The translations under genes were made by a program, and so were the position numbers. Below the pieces are notes generated by a model. The model saw only the letters and a list, made by a program, of their open reading frames with translations, was not told where the DNA came from and searched no databases. 64,000 nucleotides of DNA, from assembly GCA_950097015.1 (NCBI GenBank), contig CATNEN010000039.1, forward strand, positions 4,588,001 through 4,652,000, in the 5' to 3' direction. Shown in pieces: positions 59,138 through 64,000 of the stretch; position 1 is the first letter of the stretch, and every line of letters begins with the position of its first letter. The stretch is from Macrostomum hystrix (Eukaryota; Animalia; Platyhelminthes).

Positions 59138-59613
59138 TGATTAATTCTGCCACTAACTGATAATTGTATTTCCCCGAGGCTGCTGGGGGAACCAGGAAAA
59201 CTGACTCATTGCCAGAATTTCTAGTGGCATTCTTCTCAATTACTCAGCAGACTGAATAAAGCAGCAAATCTGATCGCTTCACCAGATTTATTTCATCCCG
59301 AGACCTGAGCTGAGAACGCTGAGCATACAGCTGAGAACATGCTGAAGCTCTAGCAGTCCCTTGTGCCGCTGCCGTGTGCTTGGCTGGGCACATCAGGTCT
59401 CCATAGTGCACCAGCAGCAGCAGCAGCAGCCTGGCTGCATGCGCATATATTTAATTAACGAGTTGCCTAACGCCTCCAAGACCAGCCTTAGTTCCCTAGG
59501 TGGGGGTCATTAGTCCCATTATGAATGCTTGCCTTGCCAGGACAGCTCTCCCCAGATAAGCTACCGAGCTCAGGTCTGCTGCTGTGACTGCCCTGAAAAT
59601 ATTGTAGCTGCCA

Positions 59614-60163
59614 TGTCACTCCATCCGCCCCTGTCACTCCGTCCGCCCCTGTCACTCCATCCGCCCCTGTCACTCCGTCCGCCCCTGTCACTCCATCCGC
59701 CCCTGTCACTCCATCCACCCCTGTCACTCCGTCCGCCCCTGTCACTCCATCCGCCCCTGTCACTCCGTCCGCCCCTGTCACTCCATCCGCCCCTGTCACT
59801 CCGTCCGCCCCTGTCACTCCATCCGCACCTGTCACTCCGTCCGCCCCTGTCACTCCATCCGCACCTGTCACTCCATCCGCACCTGTCACTCCGTCCGCCC
59901 CTGTCACTCCGTCCGCCCCTGTCACTCCATCCGCCCCTGTCACTCCGTCCGCCCCTGTCACTCCATCCACCCCTGTCACTCCGTCCGCCCCTGTCACTCC
60001 ATCCGCCCCTGTCACTCCATCCGCACCTGTCACTCCATCCGCCCCTGTCACTCCACCCGCACCTGTCACTCCATCCACCCCTGTCACTCCATCCGCACCT
60101 GTCACTCCATCCGACCCTGTCACTCCATCCGCCCCTGTCACTCCATCCGCCCCTGTCACTCCA
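59614..60163. repeat. 18-bp tandem repeat, ~30 copies
   Basis: CTGTCACTCCRTCCGCCC. Confidence 0.95.
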
Positions 60164-60499
60164 TTCCGAGCCTTCCGAGCCTTTGAGCAGTGCTCAAAAG
60201 GTAAGTCAGCCCGAAATACGGAGAGATCTGAGTTTTATTCAGATTTTTCACGGCACTCAATCAAGAGAGACTCTGAAAGGTAAAAAACGGAAGCCAGCGA
60301 AATCAAAAAGACACTTCCTCTTCTTTAAGCATTCAACTCCTATGTCATGTGACTTTCACTTTCTGCATTGCGCCGAGACTGCATTGTGCTCATGAGATTC
60401 TGCTCACTGCTGGCTAGACCCGTAAGTCACACCCAGGACATTCGTCACGTGACTGTATAAAGGGCAGCCAATTGGGTTTCAATTCCTATGGGGAAAACA

Positions 60500-61108
60500 T
60501 GAGTTTGTTTGTAAGAATGATTTGTCTCACAGGTGAGTTTGTTTCTAAGAATGATTTGTCTCTCGGGTGAGTTTGTTTCTAAGAATGATTTGTCTCACGG
60601 GTGAGTTTGTTTCTAAGAATGATTTGTCTCACGGGTGAGTTTGTTTCTAAGAATGATTTGTCTCACGGGTGAGTTTGTTTCTAAGAATGATTTGTCTCAC
60701 GGGTGAGTTTGTTTCTAAGAATGATTTGTCTCACGGGTGAGTCTGTTTCTAATAATGATTTGTCTCACGGGTGAGTTTGTTTCTAAGAATGATCTGTCTC
60801 ACGGGTGAGTTTGTTTCTAAGAATGATTTGTCTCACGGGTGAGTTTGTTTCTAATAATGATTTGTCTCACGGGTGAGTTTGTTTCTAAGAATGATTTGTC
60901 TCACGGGTGAGTTTGTTTCTAAGAATGATTTGTCTCACGGGTGAGTTTGTTTCTAAGAATGATTTGTCTCACGGGTGAGTTTGTTTCTAAGAATGATTTG
61001 TCTCACGGTGAGTTAGTTTCTAAGAATGATCTGTCTCACGGGTGAGTTTGTTTCTAAGAATGATTTGTCTCTCGGGTGAGTTTGTTTCTAAGAATGATTT
61101 GTCTCTCT
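60500..61108. repeat. 34-bp tandem repeat, ~18 copies, carrying GGTGAGT
   Basis: GGGTGAGTTTGTTTCTAAGAATGATTTGTCTCAC. Confidence 0.95.
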
Positions 61109-62950
61109 CAGAAAGATTCTTCTCACCGGTGATATTGATTCTAGGAATGCTTCATCTCAATGCTTAGATTGTTTCTTGGAATGGTTTTCCCGTGGGTGAG
61201 ATTGGTGCTAATAAGGGTACAACCCTGAGACTCTCCAGGGAAAAATGAGAGTGTGGGAAATGCGGGAAAAGTTTTCCAAACTTAATCAAGCCGCCAAAGC
61301 TGGGGCGCCATAAGCGCGGCCTGTTTTTACTCCCAGGGGATTTTGTCTGGAAATTTGTTTTCGCCTTTTTTCATCCCACCCGTTCCGGAAACTTCCTCGA
61401 AAATTTTGAGTAGTAAAAAGCATTCTTCCAGCCCCCAGATTTCTGTGTCCGCCTGTTGAAGCGCGGCCGAACTTTACTCAAAGGTTGGCACTGAAACTAA
61501 AAGTGCAAGCTAAGATTGTCTTCATTTTCAAGTTCGAGGTTGCGCTAGCACTAGTGCTACTGGACCATCTTCTGCTTTTAGTGTAATTGAATCAATCGAA
61601 AATTCTCTGCTATAGAGAAGTTCTCCTAATTTTAAGCTCGTGCTCATCTGCTCTGGGGCGGCAGCTCAGCCATCAGTTCTGCCCTCGGCCTCGCCATCTC
61701 GCCCTTCTCGCCATACTCCTCCACTTCATTCTCTTCCTGCCTTCTTCCTAAGCCCGCGCATGCTGTCACCGAGCTTTTGTTCCGCCATTCGCTAAAATCA
61801 AATAGCATGCCGCGTGCATTCTCGTTTTTTCCGCAAAAGCCGGAAAGCTAAAAAAACTATCTTCTTCGCGTGAGTCTAGACTCAAACTTCCGGCAGAAGG
61901 CGGCTGCAACAAAAAAACGGTTCGATTATTGTTTTCTTCTGTTCTGGCTTATCTGCTTCGGTGAAGCATTGAGTAGTACAATTTATCCTGCTATCAGCAG
62001 ACACCGAACCGGCCTCAACAAGGCCTTATCGTCTGCTTCCCATGGGAGATTTTCAGTCGAAAACTCTTCGAATCTTGGAATCGCCGGTCCGAGTTGAGAG
62101 GCATTTGAGTAATTTCAGGTCCCAACGGACCGGCGGGCGGCGCCCCTGGTTCAGATTTTTTCTCTCTTGAACTGCCTCCACGAATTTCCTCCATTTTATT
62201 TTTGCCCCCCGCCCAAATAAATCCACAGTCTGGCTCCCTGATGAGCAAGTCCTTCTTCAACCTGGCACACTCGAACCTCCCTCAACTCAACCCCAGTTAT
62301 TTTATCCCGTCTCGGCATGGGCAGTCGAGCGCGCCAGCGGTACTTCAGCAGCACGGCAATTCTGATCCGCGAACCCAGACTCGATTGGCTCCCGGTTGAG
62401 GGGGCAGCGCACTCACCTCACCTTCTCTGCCTCCCTCCCAACAATCTCTTACTTTCTCTCTCTCCCTACTCTCTCATCCTTACCAATGGCCACCATTTGC
62501 CTTCCTCTCATACCTGCAGGCATTCATGCCCCGCCGGCAACCTCCCAGCAACCAGCCGGCGCGACGGAGCAATGGGATGGGTGTCTGTGTGTGCTATATA
62601 CTTGCGCCAGATACACGATAGCCGGTAGCCATTCAGTGTGTTTTCAGCGCAATAATTTTTATCCTCAATTTGCTTCTGCCCAGCTCTGCGCATCTCTCAT
62701 CTGCTCTCCTCGCTCACTCTGTCCTCGGCGAAGGTCTTCTGGCCAATCTCAACTTGGTTCCGCTGCCCCGGCTCTTACCTATCCCCTCCCCCTTCCCCTC
62801 TACTCACTGTCTGTCCATCCACAGCCAGCCCGCTGTCCGCAGACTCGGGGGACACTCAAGCCGACCCTATCAAGTCCGGGCACAATTAATACAGCCTTGT
62901 ATAGTCGAGAGCAGCCACTCCAAAATCCATGCCAACTAACTCTGCAAGCA

Positions 62951-62988
<38 letters not shown>

Positions 62989-63112
62989 CCTGGGGGCGCT
63001 CGCAGTGGCAGCAGTGGAGTCAGCAAGAAAGGTGAGTTGCTTGACTGCATTTTTTCAGACTTTTTTCATTCAGTATTGTATTTTGGTTGCTAAGTGTACC
63101 AGTGGTCTAATG

Positions 63113-63288
63113 ATGATTCAATGACACACAGCTCACCCTCACAGCTATGGTCATTCAATGACCCACTGCTATGACCCACTGCTAACCCTCACAGCTATGG
63201 TCATTCAATGACCATCTGCTTACTCTCAGAGCTATGATCATTCAATGACCATCTGCTTACTCTCAGAGCTATGATCATTCAATGACCC
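63113..63288. repeat. Short degenerate repeat (GCTATGRTCATTCAATGACC) x4-5
   Basis: Visible repeats. Confidence 0.75.
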
Positions 63289-64000
63289 AGTTCTGATTTA
63301 TGAGCAATCTTTAATCTGTCAGTTAATGATCATCAACCGGACATCGCAGACATCAAAGAGATTGTCTGCCTGCATTTCTTAGAAACTTGATTTCTCTCAA
63401 GCAGCCTTTCTTGTCGTTGGTTTGAGAATAGCCAAATAATCCGCTGCCGTGATCGATTGGCTTTAGATAGTTTAGCTCGTTGAAAGCAGTTGGTGCACAA
63501 TTTCCTGGTCATTGTGAAAGCGTCTGTTCCTGGCACAATGGGGAAGAATGGGGATGGGGTGAATGGGGAAGAAAATCCCATATTGAATAGATAGCGACAG
63601 TTCCGATTGTTCACATTCTGCTTTTCCACTTGAAGCAGACAGTAATAAGTATGATAAGTACCGGTAGCAGTAAAGGACAAAGCAATATGCAGCGGGATCT
63701 TTGAGTGGAGAAGTGGGAAGTGGGAAGTGGGAAGAGGTGAAGAGAGACATTGTGGGATAGAGTTGAATTTTTTCCTTTCGAACATCTGCAGGGAATTTGT
63801 AATTAGCATGCTGCCGCTGCCGCTGCCGCTGCCGCTGCCGCTGCTTGTTAGCGCAGCCCGGTGGAGGCGGCTTCTTAGCACGGGACTCAATGTCTAGCTG
63901 TGAGCTGAGAGCTGCTTCTGGGAGAAAGTTTGCTTTCAGCCTCAGTTGGAAAACTGTACTCATATAAGCTGAGCATGAGTTTGTCTGAGTTGTGTACAGC

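Noticed and set aside
56942-60395. Long repetitive ORFs (Leu/Pro/Ser-rich, THYSSSGIES, GADGVT collagen-like)
   Set aside because: Open in several frames or strands, with no unique domain, signal peptide or splice context; best explained as minisatellites

Overview
Eukaryotic (animal) genomic DNA. GC-rich exons, AT-rich spacers and a different minisatellite in most long introns suggest a Macrostomum-like flatworm (inference only). I reconstructed seven host genes by hand, checking splice sites and reading frames: CFDP1 (+), two tandem DUF1757-family paralogues (+), ATG4B (-), TMEM214 (-), an AdipoR/PAQR gene (+) and a divergent CAPZB (+). The main structure is an 18.2-kb DNA transposon (22101-40264) inserted between the divergently transcribed TMEM214 and AdipoR genes. 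It has 963-bp terminal inverted repeats, a 7-bp target-site duplication (ATTATAG) and two convergent spliced genes: an apparently intact 8-exon KDZ (Kyakuja-Dileera-Zisupton)-type transposase and a 6-exon HMG-box protein with a (QRVGSG)n tail. A Harbinger-like MITE and a 5'-truncated RTE-like LINE sit in introns of the transposase. A second theme is tandem repeats grown out of gene signals: a 5' splice site copied 94 times in CAPZB, a stop codon copied about 13 times in CFDP1, and acceptor/proto-splice repeats in ATG4B. Most long ORFs in the supplied track are translations of minisatellites. No database searches were run; family calls rest on motif recognition.
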